Of a stretch of DNA of 64,000 nt, positions 12,890 to 25,587 are shown in pieces. The position numbers and the translations under genes were made by a program. Positions within the stretch are counted from its first letter, which is position 1. Each line of letters begins with the position of its first letter. This DNA comes from Bilabrum cf. latius (Eukaryota): NCBI GenBank assembly GCA_965178125.1, contig OZ237737.1, positions 310,001 through 374,000 on the forward strand. Direction: 5' to 3'. The notes below the pieces were generated by a model. That model was not told the origin of the DNA, ran no database searches, and was given only the letters and a program-made list of their open reading frames with translations.

Positions 12890-13579
12890 TCAATCTTCCA
12901 AGTTGATAGTCTTGCCAAACCTGCTGTAAAGTTCCGCCTTGATCTTCTCCTTTTCCTTCTCGCGCGTTTCCATGCTCGCCCGCAAGCTGGAAAGGCGAGA
13001 GGATAGGCGCTCCTTGGCCTTCTCCACGTACTCAGTCGCAGAGTCGCTGTCTACCTGAATAAAAGTGGGACCTACCATGATTCTGCGATATATAGATAGG
13101 GTGGTAACAACGGTCGTGCGGGTCCTGGGTGCCACCGGAGGCGACAAGTCAAGTCTCCAGCATGATATGCACTCACTTCAAGTCAACTTCGCCATCGTCA
13201 CCTGGCTCAGCCAGCATAATACCCTCTTCGGCGTCTTCTAAGTCCTACTCCTACTTCTGCGGTTTGTGGTATTCCATGAAGAAGCGAGACAAAGCATGTC
13301 TTGCGGGCTACCACTGTTGATTCCCAGCTTGGTACACAAATGCCTCACCTCGAGAGAATCTATCTTGGCCTTGATTTCGATGAGCTCCTGATTAATCCTA
13401 GAGAAAGTGTTTATTCGCTTCTAGTCCTCCCAGCGAACCTGCGGTCCAATCAAAACGTGAAAAACTCAAACGACAGGCTGCGGTGCCAGATTCCTAGATT
13501 TCTAGAAAGACATGCGCCCTTTCCTCACTTCCACATCTCTCTCTTCGCCTTTGGGAACCATCGATAGCATATATGACAT
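12890..13579 (-). CDS. PFDN4: Prefoldin subunit 4, 4 exons
   Basis: Exons 13579-13529, 13438-13349, 13256-13177, 13082-12890 with GTGAG..CGCAG introns. Protein DVEVRWED[TAG]KRINTFSRIN...KIKAELYSRFGKTINLED-TGA. Three TAG. Confidence 0.92.
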
Positions 13580-13736
13580 ATTCTGTCCCTTAACTGACGA
13601 GAATGGACAAGTCCAGGAAGACGGCCGCACTCGCCACAACTGCACGCAATACAGTCGGGAAAACCAGATTTATCCGCAACATCAACTACTAGCATTTACA
13701 GAGAACACGAGGCTCTCCAGGACTGGTATTCACAGA

Positions 13737-16700
13737 ATGATATCTCATGTATTGTCGCGAGGATCCACATAGTTAGGATTGCGCTTGAACCGATAGGTTG
13801 GCACGCTGTCAAGGCTTGAGCATCGGCTTGGTGGGCTTGTCCGATTGAGGTGCTTGCTGTGCACTAGTTCCGATAGATCAGCGGTGCCAGATTCTGACAG
13901 TGATTCTCAGCTAGACTCCTTTCCATCCGTCGATGAAATACTGTCTGGCACTGCAACAGAGCGTCTTCGAGAACTTGAGCGAGTGGACGAGGAATCCCCA
14001 GCTTCTGGCCAGCAGGAGTCCACCGGAGCGGTAGTATCAGATGAGAGCAGCTAGGGCCAGACCGCAAGCGCTGTGGACCCGGGCACCGTGATATCGTGCC
14101 TGGGAGATGTGATAGTCGTAGCTGGCATGGAATCGGCATCGCCCCACTCCATGATTCAGTTTGATGGTGGCGCGACCGCACTGGTCACCGAGGTGGGAAC
14201 AGCAGCGGTGCATGCCCCCCCGAGCGCCTCCAACTCACCTCTGGTCGCTGCAGAGGGCTAGCCCACCGTAAGTTGCCTTCTCCTGTCGGGATCGGTCAAG
14301 CAGGGCGAGCGCGGCGCCGTCCTTGCGGAACCTGCCAGGGTGCCGGTCGCGGTGGGCCGCGTCATCGACCCCCTCGGGAGACCGCTGGATGGCCGCGCCG
14401 TGGGTTACCTCGCCGCTGCGCCCAAACCGCCCGTCCTCCCAGTGAAGCAGTTCCCTGCCGGCCAGCGAGCCCGCCGTCCCACGGCCAGCGCCCCCTCGGG
14501 AGTGAAGGTCATCGACGCCCTGGCGCCCATCGGCAGGGGCCAGAGCATCGTGCTGAAGGGACAGCCGGGCCAGGCGGCCTCCGATCTAGCCGTTGAGATC
14601 CTCGGCTGCCTGTCGGCAGGCAGGAGTCGATCCAGCGTCGATCCAGCAGCGCCAGCGCCAGAGGCAGGGGCAGGGGCAGGGTCAGGGGCCACAGCACACC
14701 ACAGCCAGGTGCTGACGAAGGAGGACCCGGTCTTCGTGGTGGTTCTCACGGGCCAGTCCGCAGCATCGTGCGCGCGCACCATTGCTAGGCTGAGGACCGC
14801 TGACCTGATGCCGAGGTGCGTGCTCGTGGCGGCGCCCCAGGAGGCGTGCGCAGGGCAGCGGTACTTGGCACCGCTTGCAGGGGCTGCAGCTGCGTCCCAG
14901 CTCCGGTCGGAGGGCAGGCACGCCGTGCTGATCGTGGACCGGCTGCTGTCTGCCTCTGACCCCGTGCTGGGGTCGGGATTTCCCCTGGGGCGGGCGGGGG
15001 CGGCCCTCGGGCCCGCCCCGCCCGTGCCGCGAGAATACGCCGCGGTTCTGGATGCCTGCGGCGATGTGGATGCCTCGTCTAGCAAGAGCGGCAGTGGTCG
15101 CGGCGGCAAGGCGGGCTCGGTGACCGGCATACTATTGGTAGAGTCACCCGGCACGGCCGGCATCGCTGGCGGGGAGGCCTCTTGGGGCAGGCAGGACATT
15201 CTGCGGAGGGCGCTGGGGAGCGACCTGGCTTCGCTTGCCGACGCATCCCTGACGGTGCATTAGAGCCTAGCGGAGCTGGGGCAGCCCGTGCCCCTGGACG
15301 AGGAGGAGCTGGCGGGGAGACAGGGGGGCGCGTGGCAGGGGAGGGCGCTCCAGGCTTTGTCTCAGTCTGTGAAAGAGCTGCTGCGGCGGTCGGGTGGGGC
15401 TGCCAGCCACGCGCTCAAGGCTAGGGCGGTGGGTGTGGAGGTGGAGCCCGCGCTTGACGGCGCTCTTGCATTCAACGCCAGGGCGCAGGTGCTGCTGTCA
15501 CCCTCGCCTGCCTTGGAGCTGGAGGCCTCACGGGCGAGGTCTCTGCAGGAGACCATCCAGGCTGGGCTTGGGTCGGTGAGGAGGGGCAGGCCGGCGGGGG
15601 ACGAGGAGGACAGAGCGGCGGCTTCGATCGAGATGGGTAGCTCTGGAAGTGGAACGGGAGGGGGTGCGGGTGCCGGTGGTGTGCATGGCGGCGGCGGCGA
15701 GGCTTTGGGCCGAGGGTAGGGAACAAGTGCCGGTAGCAGGGGCGGCGGTGGCAATCGGGGCAAGTACGCGGCTGCTCTGTCGCCAGCCCAGCGCGACATG
15801 CTGGAGAGGAGGCAGGCCGCCAGGAAAAGCAGGGGCAAGCCGGTGAGTTAGGACGATGCTGGTGGAAGGGACGACGGTGTTGATGGTGGTGCTGGGTAGG
15901 GTGGTCAAACTGGCACAGGCACGGGTGCACAGGGCGTCCAAAGCAGCCTGCCGACCAACGCAGCTCGTGCCCTGCGAAGCCACGACCTCCCAGGCAGCAC
16001 CAGTGACATCTTCGCCCAAGGGAACCTGCCACAGGTGCCGCCCTCTCACACCGCTTCGGGTACCCCTTCGGCGACGGGCTCGGTGGTCCCTGACCGAGAG
16101 AACAACAGCAGGCTGCCTCCGGCGCGGATGCCCGGGTCCTCCCTTCCTAACCTCAAGGTGGCCAGCGACCGCGCCACTCCCGCGCAGTTGGTCGCAACTT
16201 TGTTCTCCATGGTGTACGGGTATGCCCAGCGGGTGCCTATTCGCCAGCTGGCCGAGTTCGAGCGGGCCCTGTGGCACACCCTCGCGTCCCTCCCAGCCCC
16301 CCCTATGTATCACCAGTAGGAGCAGGGGGCGGTGCAGGATGAGGGTCGGCAGCACGGGGGTGTGTCGTCGCAATCTTCATCTTCGGGATTGCCCGCGAGC
16401 GGGAGCAGCCAACCCGGCGATTTCGACGGTTCGCACGCCTGGGTCAGGTTCGCCTCGGACTGCTCGCCCGCATCCCTGGCTGCCTGCGAGGCGTGGGAGG
16501 AGGTGTGGGGCGGCGGCGATTCTCACTGGAATGGTGACAGCGTTGCGCTGGGCGAAGGTGACCATCCCATTGCTCGCCCACGCAGTTTGCTCGAGGCCGC
16601 CTACATGTGCGGGGCCCCCATGGAGCCCTCCGGGTGCATGCCCGGCGAGCGGCTGGCGGAGGCCGTGCTGAGCAGCAGGTCGGTGGCCAGAGAGGCAGCG

Positions 16701-17207
16701 GTGGCTGGGCGGGCCAGGGCGCTGGCGGCGCAGCAGCAGAAGAAGCTAGGGGCTGGGGTGCGTGGTGACGGTGCATCTGCGGCTGCTGCTGCCAGGCGTG
16801 CGGGCGTTTCCGTGGATGCTCTCGGGCCCGCGGTTTCGTCCGAGCACCTGCGCGTGCTGCACCCCGTGTGGCGCGCCATGCATCGAGTGGCGGGCGCTCT
16901 CGCGGATTCGTTCGCTGCGTAGGAAGCTGCCAGGATCCACGACATGGAGTTTAGGCGAGCAGCGCAGCGACAGGACAAGCTCGCCGAGGCACTTGCTCGA
17001 GCGGCCGAAGAGGAGCGTCTCGCGGCGGAGGCAGCCGGACCCAAGTCCCCCTGGCCATCGCTCTCCAAGCTGCTTGATTTCAGGGACTACTCACGGCTTC
17101 TATTCGCGACGGATGCAACGCGGGCAAGGGCGAGGGCCCAGGCAAAGGCCGAGAAGAACGCTGCGACCGAGGAGCAAGGGAATTCCAGCGACTCGGGAAG
17201 GCAATGA
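13737..17207 (+). CDS. Highly divergent F1-ATP synthase alpha-subunit-like protein with degenerate Walker A (~1156 aa)
   Basis: Arg/Leu-rich presequence-like N-terminus. Motifs GTVISCLGDVIVVAGM, GRVIDPLGRPLDG, SGVKVIDALAPIGRGQ, YLAPLAG, GRHAVLIVD, GSVTGILLVE, GYAQRVPIRQLAEFE. One frame across about 10 TAG. Ends TGA. Confidence 0.75.
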
Positions 17208-17391
17208 ATAATGATAATATATATAATACCATTGGACTAGTTTTTCTCCTGAGCACGCGCTGGTTGGACGCTTGGTCTTGGTCTGGCCCGATTCGGAGGT
17301 AAGGTGTACTTTTGGTCAATTTCCGGGATTCTTTTCCGAGACGAAGCGATTCGCCCGGTGCGCCATCACTCGATACGTTTGAGCGGCTGTT

Positions 17392-19566
17392 ATGGCTGCT
17401 TCAGCAGCTAGTGGTGGTGCGGCAGGAGGTGCAGGCGCTGGGCCTGCAGTTACGGGCATCCTTCCGGCTCACGCCACGAGCGTGGTGTTTGGGTTGCAGC
17501 AGTATATTGATAAAATGATCAGAGCGAAAGAGTCAGGACCTGGAGCAATCCCTGGAATGAAAATTCTTGTCCTCGATAAAGACACGGTGAGTGCACGCGA
17601 TGTCTACCCGGGGGGTCCTTCCTGCGCGCCTTTGCTTGCCGTGATCAGCAAAGTGCCAACGTCTGCTCTCATCGTGTGCATCCCGCAGAAGGGAATCGTA
17701 AGCATGGTGTATGGTATGTCAGACATAGTCAGCAAGGAAGGTAAGCTCTGATCGATCTGCGGGCCATGTGCAGCATGCCGCGGGTGCGCACAGTGCGGAT
17801 CCTTCGTACTGCAGTAGTGCTCTTCCGGAAGGACGCTGACAAAGCATGGTTTTCGTTCGCTTTTATCCGCAGTATATCACGTTGTAAACTTAGATGCGGA
17901 ACGCAAGGGCATGTCCCACATGAAGGCGGTCGTGTACGTCCGACCGACCACGGAAAACCTCAAGCTGCTCCAGTCCGAGCTGGCTGACCCCAAGTGCATG
18001 GAGTACCACCTCTTCTTTAGCAACATCGTGCCTCCTGGGTACTTGCAGCGACTGGCCTCATCAGACAAGCACTTCGTGGTGAAGCAGGTGCACGAGTACT
18101 ACGCCGACTATTACCCTGTCAACCACGACTTCTTCACCATCAACCTCGGCTCTGCGCTCATCATGAAGCAGCCGGGCGAGTCCTCCTTGGTCGGCATGTC
18201 TGCTGCAGAGGCACACTTCCAGAGGTGCGTGGACGGCATCGCCTCTGTCCTCCTCTCACTCAAGATCAAGCCCGTGGTGCGATACCAGCAGGCCTCCCCC
18301 CTGTCCTTCCAGCTGGCACGCGCCATCGACAACCTCATGGTGGAGCAGCGGGCCCAGTTCACCTTCAGCATCAAGGACAAGCCCCCGGTCCTGCTGGTCC
18401 TGGACCGCAAGGAGGATCCCATGACTCCGCTGCTGTCTCAGTGGACCTACCAGGCCATGATCCACGAGTGCATCGGGGTGTGGAACAACCGCGTGGACCT
18501 CAGCAAGACCAAAGAGGGAAAGAAAACGCCCGAGGTCATCCTGAGTGTGCTCTACGACGAGTTCTTTGCAAAGCACATGCATTCCAGCTTCGGCGAATTC
18601 GCGGAGGCCGTGCAGGGCATCCTTAAGGAGTACAAGGAGCTCAGGTCCTCGCACAGCAAGGTCGCCTCCATCGAGGACATGCAGAAATTCGTGCAGAACT
18701 ACCCAGAGATCAGGCGCAAGTCTGCCACTGTAGACAAGCACGTCGCACTCATGTCAGAGCTCAACAGGCAGCTGGACGCGCGCAAGATGTTCGAGATGTC
18801 GGAGCTGGAGCAGACCATCGCGTGCGGGGACAGCCAGAGCGAGCACTTCGAGGGCTGCAAGGCGCTCGTCGCGGACCCGGGGGTGCAGGCCTTCGACGCC
18901 CTTCGGCTGGTGGCGATCTTTGCCATCCGGTATGAGGCCACGGCGGGGCGGCAGATCGACGAGCTGAGGGCGATGCTGGGGCACAAGGGCCTGGGTGACG
19001 CTGACGTGGCTCTGATCGACGCGCTCCTGCAGTACGGGGGGGTGTCTCGGAGGGGGGGGGACCTGTTTGGGTCTAGGGGGGGCATCCTGAGCAGCTGGAA
19101 GAAGACCTTTAGCCAGTCCATCGCGGGGGTGCAGAACGTCTTCACGCAGCACGAGAGCCTGTGCAAGGTCGAGGCCCGGAAGCTCATGCAGGGCAAGCTG
19201 TCCAAGTCCGAGTACCCGTACAGTGGGAAGGAACTCAAGGGGAAGCAGACGCCGGGGACTGCCATCGTGTACGTCATCGGGGGAGCGACGTTCGAGGAGG
19301 CGGTGCAGGTTGCGCAGATCAACGCGAGCTTGCCGAGGGGCCAGCGGGTGATCCTCGGGGGGTCCGCTGTGCTCAACTCCAAGAGCTTTCTGGCCGAGGT
19401 GCGCAAGCTGGCGATGCACAAGGGTGGGGCGGGTGGAGGTTCCATGTCTGCCGGGGGTAGCGCGGGGGGCTCGGCATCCATGAGTGGGGGTTCTTCAGGT
19501 GGACGGGCTGCGGGCCGTCGCAAAGGCCCGTCGTCCGGTGCTGGGGGGGGGCTGTTCGGTCTGTGA
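17392..19566 (+). CDS. VPS45: Sec1/Munc18-family vacuolar protein sorting 45, 3 exons
   Basis: GMKILVLDKDT, MSHMKAVVYVRPT, YHLFFSN, VKQVHEYYADY, LLVLDRKEDPMTPLLSQWTYQAMIHE, QNVFTQH, VIGGATFEEA. Introns 17587-17688 and 17741-17872. No TAG codons. Ends TGA. Confidence 0.95.
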
Positions 19567-19879
19567 TTGATCGGGGCGGGTCTGTTGGTTATTACGAGCA
19601 TACATACGTACGTTGTAGTAGTATCTCTGCTCCCTTTCACCTCCCCAAAAGGTCCAGCTGCCGGCGCACAACGCAAACATCGGTCCATCCACGACGGCGA
19701 AGATCTAGGGATCCGGAGTCGTCCGCGGGCGCCGTTTGGATTGCTCGAGAATCCAGATTGTTCGTTCGTTCGGATCTCGTTTTGGTACCCAAGCGGTGCA
19801 CAAGATCAACACAGCGACAATCAAACCACCGAGTGGACAGTAACGGACTGACTGCAAGTACTGATTAGGTTTATCGGTG

Positions 19880-21250
19880 ATGCAATAGTTTAGCCCAGAC
19901 TCCGGCAACACTATTGCTCCACAATAGCACAGCGAGAGAGCCTCAGCGGATGATGAAGTAGACCAAGCAAATGCACTGCTTGTTGACCTGATCGGAGCTG
20001 CTGGTCGCCCAGACGCCAGAGCTCGGTATAGCGCTGTGACCAAGACAGATCGTTCGACGCTCGAGACTACAATTGGCAGAAAGAGGAAGAGATCGGAACT
20101 GCCGCAATCTGCCGCATCAAGGTTAGAATGCTCAGTGTGTAGTAAGCTGTTCTCTAGTCCGGCCGGCGTTCAGGCTCACGTACGCACGGTGCATCTGGGC
20201 GAGCGCAAGCACGTCTGCGATGTGTGCGGTAAAGGCTTCTGTAGGTCAAGTGTCCTCAAGTCCCACGTGCAAAAACTTCATCTGAGTGAGCCAAAGTACG
20301 AATGCACTGGGTGCGGCGATCGCTTCAGAAAGAAGGGTGACCTCAACGTCCATATAATTACAGTGCACCCAGACAAGCGTGACCATGCTTGCACCGAATG
20401 CGGAAAGCGCTATCGCTTGGAAACACATCTGAAGAAACACGTAGCTACTGTGCATAGGGGTAAGCACAAGCAGGAGTGCACCGAGTGCGGCAAGCGTTTC
20501 GGGTAGGCAAGCTATCTCAGGACGCACATCAAGACAGTGCATCTGGGTGAGCGCAACTTCGAGTGCACCGAGTGCGGCAAGCGCTTCGGGCAGGCAAGCT
20601 ATCTCAAAAAGCACATGAAGATCGTACACTTGGGTGAGCGCAAGCACGAGTGCACCGAGTGCGGCAAGCGCTTCGGCGACGCATTCAATCTCAAGAGCCA
20701 CACACGCATAGTACACTTGGGTGAGCGCAAGCACGAGTGCACCGAGTGCGGCAAGCGCTTCGGGCAGGCAAGCGGTCTCAAGACACACATAAAGGTAGTG
20801 CATCTGGGCGAGCGCAAGCACGAGTGCACCGAGTGCGGCAAGCGCTTCGGGGGGGCAGGCACTCTCAGGGCGCACATAAAGGTAGTGCATCTGGGTGAGC
20901 GCAAGCACGAGTGCACCGAGTGCGGCAAGCGCTTCGGGTGGGCAGGCACTCTCAGGGCGCACATAAAGGTAGTGCATCTGGGTGAGCGCAAGCACGAGTG
21001 CACCGAGTGCGGCAAGCGCTTCGGGTGGGCAAGCGGTCTCAAGACGCACATCAAGACAGTGCATCTGGGTGAGCGCAAGCACGAGTGCACCGAGTGCGGC
21101 AAGCGCTTCGGGGGGGCGGGCACTCTCAGGACGCACATCAAGACAGTGCATTCGGGTGGGAGCAAGCACGAGTGCACTGAGTGCGGCAACCGCTATGCAC
21201 GGAAGCGTGATCTAGACTATCATGTACGCACAGCGCACAAAGGGAACTGA
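19880..21250 (+). CDS. Multi-C2H2 zinc-finger protein, 13 fingers (~456 aa)
   Basis: 13 CxxC...HxxxxH fingers with LGERKHEC linkers and an RKRKR NLS-like motif. In-frame ATG at 19880 is reached across two TAG. TAG 20504-20506 lies inside finger 5. Ends TGA. Confidence 0.9.
20450..21190 (+). repeat. 87-bp (29-codon) coding tandem repeat of zinc-finger units, about 8-9 copies
   Basis: Near-identical repeated core GTGCATCTGGGTGAGCGCAAGCACGAGTGCACCGAGTGCGGCAAGCGCTTCGGG with a variable helix-encoding segment. Confidence 0.95.
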
Positions 21251-21287
21251 TCTAGACTATCATGTACGCACAGCGCACACAGGGAAC
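21208..21287 (+). repeat. 40-bp tandem duplication spanning the zinc-finger gene stop codon
   Basis: TGATCTAGACTATCATGTACGCACAGCGCACA(A/C)AGGGAAC at 21208-21247 and 21248-21287, one mismatch. Confidence 0.95.
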
Positions 21288-21822
21288 GCAATAACGGATG
21301 CCGGAAAAACTTCGGGAACAAGCACTGCCTCACAAGGCTGGAAGCTTGAATGAATCTACTGGTTGACGCACAGCTCGTCAGAACGTGTTGATGGTATTAT
21401 GGCTTGGTTTCTGCGGCTTCGGAGAGTGGTCCTACAAGGACCGGGGCGGTGATGGGGACGTTACCAGCAACAGGTGGAAGCCGATGGCTAGAGGATGTAA
21501 ACGGTACAAGATTGGAACCAGTTTGGGACACTGGTGCAGACAACAATAGTGCAATATCAGCGGAGAGCGTGATGGGATGAGTGTGTGCTTGATGGGCAAG
21601 CTTGACGGGTGGGCCAAAACTCGAAGGGTGGCGTGCAGTCGCACTCGAAGGGCCAAAAGTCGCTCGGGTAAAGAAGCGGAAACAGTTCGGTGGGTCAGCC
21701 TGGCGACAGCCCAAGATCCCACGGACGAAGTTTACTGTCGAGCAGACGATTGTGCCCTGATGAATATCGTGGTGTATCGGGGATGGTACAAGCACTGTTT
21801 GCACAAGCCAAGCTGGATCATA

Positions 21823-24800
21823 TCAGCACCGTCCCGCATACACGTCCCTTGCGAGGCTCTCCAAGTGCACCTCGTCTGGGCCGTCGGCTAGTCGCAGCGC
21901 GCGTGCCCAGGCCCACATGTGAGCGATGGGCGTGTCCTGAGACAGCCCCATGCCGCCGTGGGCCTGCATGGCCTGGTCCATCACGCGGAGGGCTACCTCC
22001 GGCGCCACCACCTTGATCATACCAACGGCGCTCTTGGCTGCCTTGGGCCCGCCTTCATCGATGGCTCTCGCTGCCGCCAGGGTGAGGAGCCGGGCCTGGT
22101 CGATGTCGATCCTTGCCCTTGCCACCTAGTGCCGGATCGTGTCTCTCGAAGACAGCGGCTTCCCAAACGCCACCCTCTGCTCGGTCCTGTCGAGCATGAG
22201 CTCCAGCGACCTCTCCGACATGCCGAGCAAGCGCATGGCGTGGTGGATCCTGCCTGGTCCAAGCCGCCGCTGGGCGATGGAGAACCCCGCGCCGTGGTCT
22301 TCCAGCAGAGCCTCGCTGGCCTTGAGCTGCACGTTGTCAAGGAGCACCTCTGCATGCCCGTGGGGGGCGTCATCGAAGCCCATGACGGTCAGGGGACGGA
22401 GCACCTCCACCCCGGGGGCATCCATGGGCACGAGTACCATGGAATGGGAGAAATGCCTCGAGCGGCGAGCCAGCCTTGCTGCCAGTTCAGATCGCCCGTC
22501 CTTCTTCAGCCTATCTACCACTCGATCCACAGCCAGCACCGCGGCCCTGTCCTTCACTAGGCAGATCATCACCTCGCACCTTGGATCCATCGCGCCACTC
22601 GTCCACCACTTCCTTCCGTGCAGCGTAAGCCTCTCGTCGGCGGCGCCGGAGTCTCCCCTGAGAGGAGCGCCGGCGTCCTCAAGCCACGACCTGTCGATGG
22701 CCGCCTCTCCTCCATCCTCCGCGGATGCCGACTCAAGCCATGCCGCCAGGCTGCGGGGCAACCGCGCCAGCGGTGACTCGTCAGGTCCCATCACATCAAC
22801 TGTCGTCTGCATGTTCGTCGCGTCTGAAGATGCGACCTGCGGCTCGGTCATGCCGAAGCAGCTGCGGATCTTGCCATCTAGCAAGGGTGCCAGCCACCTG
22901 CTCTGCTGCTCCTCCGAGGCAGCGACGGCGAACACCTCCATGTTGCCCGTGTCCGGAGCATTGCAATTGAACACCTCGGGTGCCAGCAGGCTGCGGCCCA
23001 TCGCCTCAGCCATGGGGGCGTACTCTAGGACAGAGAACCCAGGGTTGGCCTCGCCCGCCAGTCCAGTGTTCAGGGCTGGCGGCAGAAATGCGTTGAACAG
23101 GCCAGCCTATTTCGCCTTGTTCTTCAGGGCCTCGATCGAGTCGTGGTGAGGATCCCACCGCTTGCCGCCCATGGAAGCCGAAGCGCCGCCGCCCGCGCCA
23201 CCGTCCGCAGCGAAATCCCCCCTGTTGAGGTAGTAGTCCCCCCCCAGCAGCTCCTTCTCCAAAGGCATGATCTCATCCTCCACCATGCGGCGCACATGGG
23301 AGAGCGCCTCCCGAGCTCGATCCGACATGTGCACGCCCACGAGTGGGTCGGCCAGCGGGCCAAGGCTGCCATCCAACCGGGCAGCGCACTTGCTGCCAGT
23401 GGTGGCCTTGGTACTTGCAGAGGTGGTGCCCGCCTTGTTGGTGGGTCCTGCTGACCCCGCCTTCGCTCTGCTGCCGCCTGCTGCACCACCACCTGCTGCA
23501 CCACTTGCAGCCACGTCAGATCCACCGGTGGGGTTCGGGCTTGGCGTTTCTTTTTGCCGCTGTTCGTGCAGGCGAGCCACCCCGACGCCCACCTGGGCGC
23601 ACACCGCAGCCAGCTTGCCCACGGCCCCGGCGTTGGCAGCGGCGGCGTTTCCCTGCAGGCTTCTCTTCTTCACGCCCTACAGAATGGCAGCTGCGCGGAA
23701 TAGGGCCAGCGCGACGTAATACTCCCAGTCTTTGGGTAGCGCCTGGTCGGGTGAGGTGACGCACACGCCGGTCTGGCACGCGTTGCGGCTGAGTCCGGCG
23801 CAATAGTCCGTCAGGAACTAGGGGAGGGTGGGGATGCCGCGGGCGGTGAGCTCCTCATCCAAAGTCTTGCCCTCCCTCGGCGTGACAAAGCCGGTGATGG
23901 GCGACCCGGGCAGCTCGGGGAGGTAGTATGGGAGGCAGGCGTGCGCGAGGTCTAGCATGGGGTGCCCGATCGTGGCGAGCTCCCAGTCGAGCACTGCGGC
24001 CACGTGCAGCCCGCGCGGGGACGATGGGTTCGACTGGCCGGTGCTTCCAGAGAACAAGATGTTGTCCAGCCGGAAATCGCCGTGGAAGAGCGTCTGCACG
24101 TCGCCGGCGTCCTCGGGCAGATGCTCCGGGAGCCACTCAATCAGGAAGTCCATGTCTTCCATGGTATCCGTCTCGGAGGCCCTGTACTGCTTGGTCCACG
24201 TTGAAACCTGCCTGCCGACGAACAGGTGCGGCTTGGAGCTCAGATCGCTGAGGCCTGCTGCTTCGACGTCCACAGCATGCAGCTTCGCGAGCGTTCCGGC
24301 GAAGGACCTGTAGGCCTGCGTTCTATCTGCAACCGTGTACTCTTCCGCTGCCATGCGAATGTCTTTGATAACTCTCCCATCCACGTAGTCGTACACGAAG
24401 AAATCGGTCCCAACCACGTCCTTGTTCAAGCAAAGCAGCCGCGCGGCTGGCACCTGCAGGATTCCCCGCAGCGCGTGCATTATCTTGTACTCGCGAGCCA
24501 CGTCGTGTGCACCACGAAGAAGTTTACCTGGGGGTTGCTTTCGAAGCACCAGCTTCGTGCCGCACGCAGTTTTCAAAAGGTAGGTTGGATTTGACTGGCC
24601 GTACGTGAACTGCTAGATCTCCAGGGCGGAAAAATCGTTGCCTTGCAGAGCTCGCTACTCGCTCAGGTATTTTGATAAGCCTTTTATGTCCAATTCATGC
24701 CCTTTGCGCACCGACGCGGTGCTGCACGCGCGCTTGTGAACTGTGCAGTGAATCGTAGCGGCAGCAGGGTGCGGGTGCGGGTACGGGATTGTACCAGCAG

Positions 24801-24882
24801 GCACCCGGAGGAAAGCACGTCGCCGAGTACATGTTAAGACGAAACGAGACACAGAGGCGACACGGCGGCTCAATCTGCGCAT
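21823..24882 (-). CDS. ACAD10/ACAD11-like APH-phosphotransferase + acyl-CoA dehydrogenase fusion (~1019 aa)
   Basis: Arg-rich presequence, LEI[TAG]QFTYGQSNPTY, VLRKQPPGKLLRGAH, HGDFRLDN, VLDWELATIGHP, FRAAAIL[TAG]GV, FNCNAPDTGNME, MTEPQVASSDATN, RLGPGRIHH, LRLADGPDEVH. Six TAG. Ends TGA. Confidence 0.93.
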
Positions 24883-25587
24883 GCTTAAAGTGCATTCGAA
24901 AGCGGTATTTCTACCTGATGGATCCGGATCAAACGCGATCCGGAAGTGGCGATGAGCCAAGACATTCACGTGCTTGGCCGGTAAAATTTGATAGCCATGA
25001 TGTTTGTGCCGTGGGTCTGGAAGGCATTCCGATCATAATTCTTAATGCTGCAGGCCTGTAGCGCTGTGTCCAATCCGTGTTTTGTTGCCAAGTGGCGCAC
25101 CATTGCAGTCATGTCTAAACGATTTGAAGTAGCCCATCGTATCTGATAGTTGTAGTCACATGGAGAATACGCTGTTGCCGGTCGTCCTTTCCGAGGGAAA
25201 CTCAGCTGAATTGAATGTACCACTAGGTCAGATCGACACCAGGAGTCACAGCTACTAGTAAAGAGCAAGCCGGCGATCGAATGTGATACTTTATAGATCA
25301 AGATACGATTTAGGCGCAGTACAAGCACTGGGGCTCATAACCCATTTGACCTGCTCGGCGACCTTGCTTCCGGACATTTCGTGGAACGTTCATCATCTTG
25401 TTTAGGTTCCGTTATAGATCGTATGCGCGGCGCCGCCACCGAGGTTTGCAAGAACACATTTAATAGTGCTCAACACACTCCATCTTGGGATACATTTACC
25501 CAATTTGAACATTCTTCGATTGATTGGATAATTGTTTTGACATTTTGGCTTCCTGAGGTACGTGAAAACACTCACTGAAACACCAGC

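Noticed and set aside
20450-21190. CRISPR-like appearance of conserved repeat plus variable segment
   Set aside because: The 87-bp period encodes C2H2 fingers in frame, the variable parts are related to each other, and there are no cas genes.
24966-25580. Short ORFs in the AT-richer spacer between ACAD and the orphan gene (also 21397-22016 and 50334-50784)
   Set aside because: No motifs or coding-like composition; most consistent with promoter or UTR sequence.
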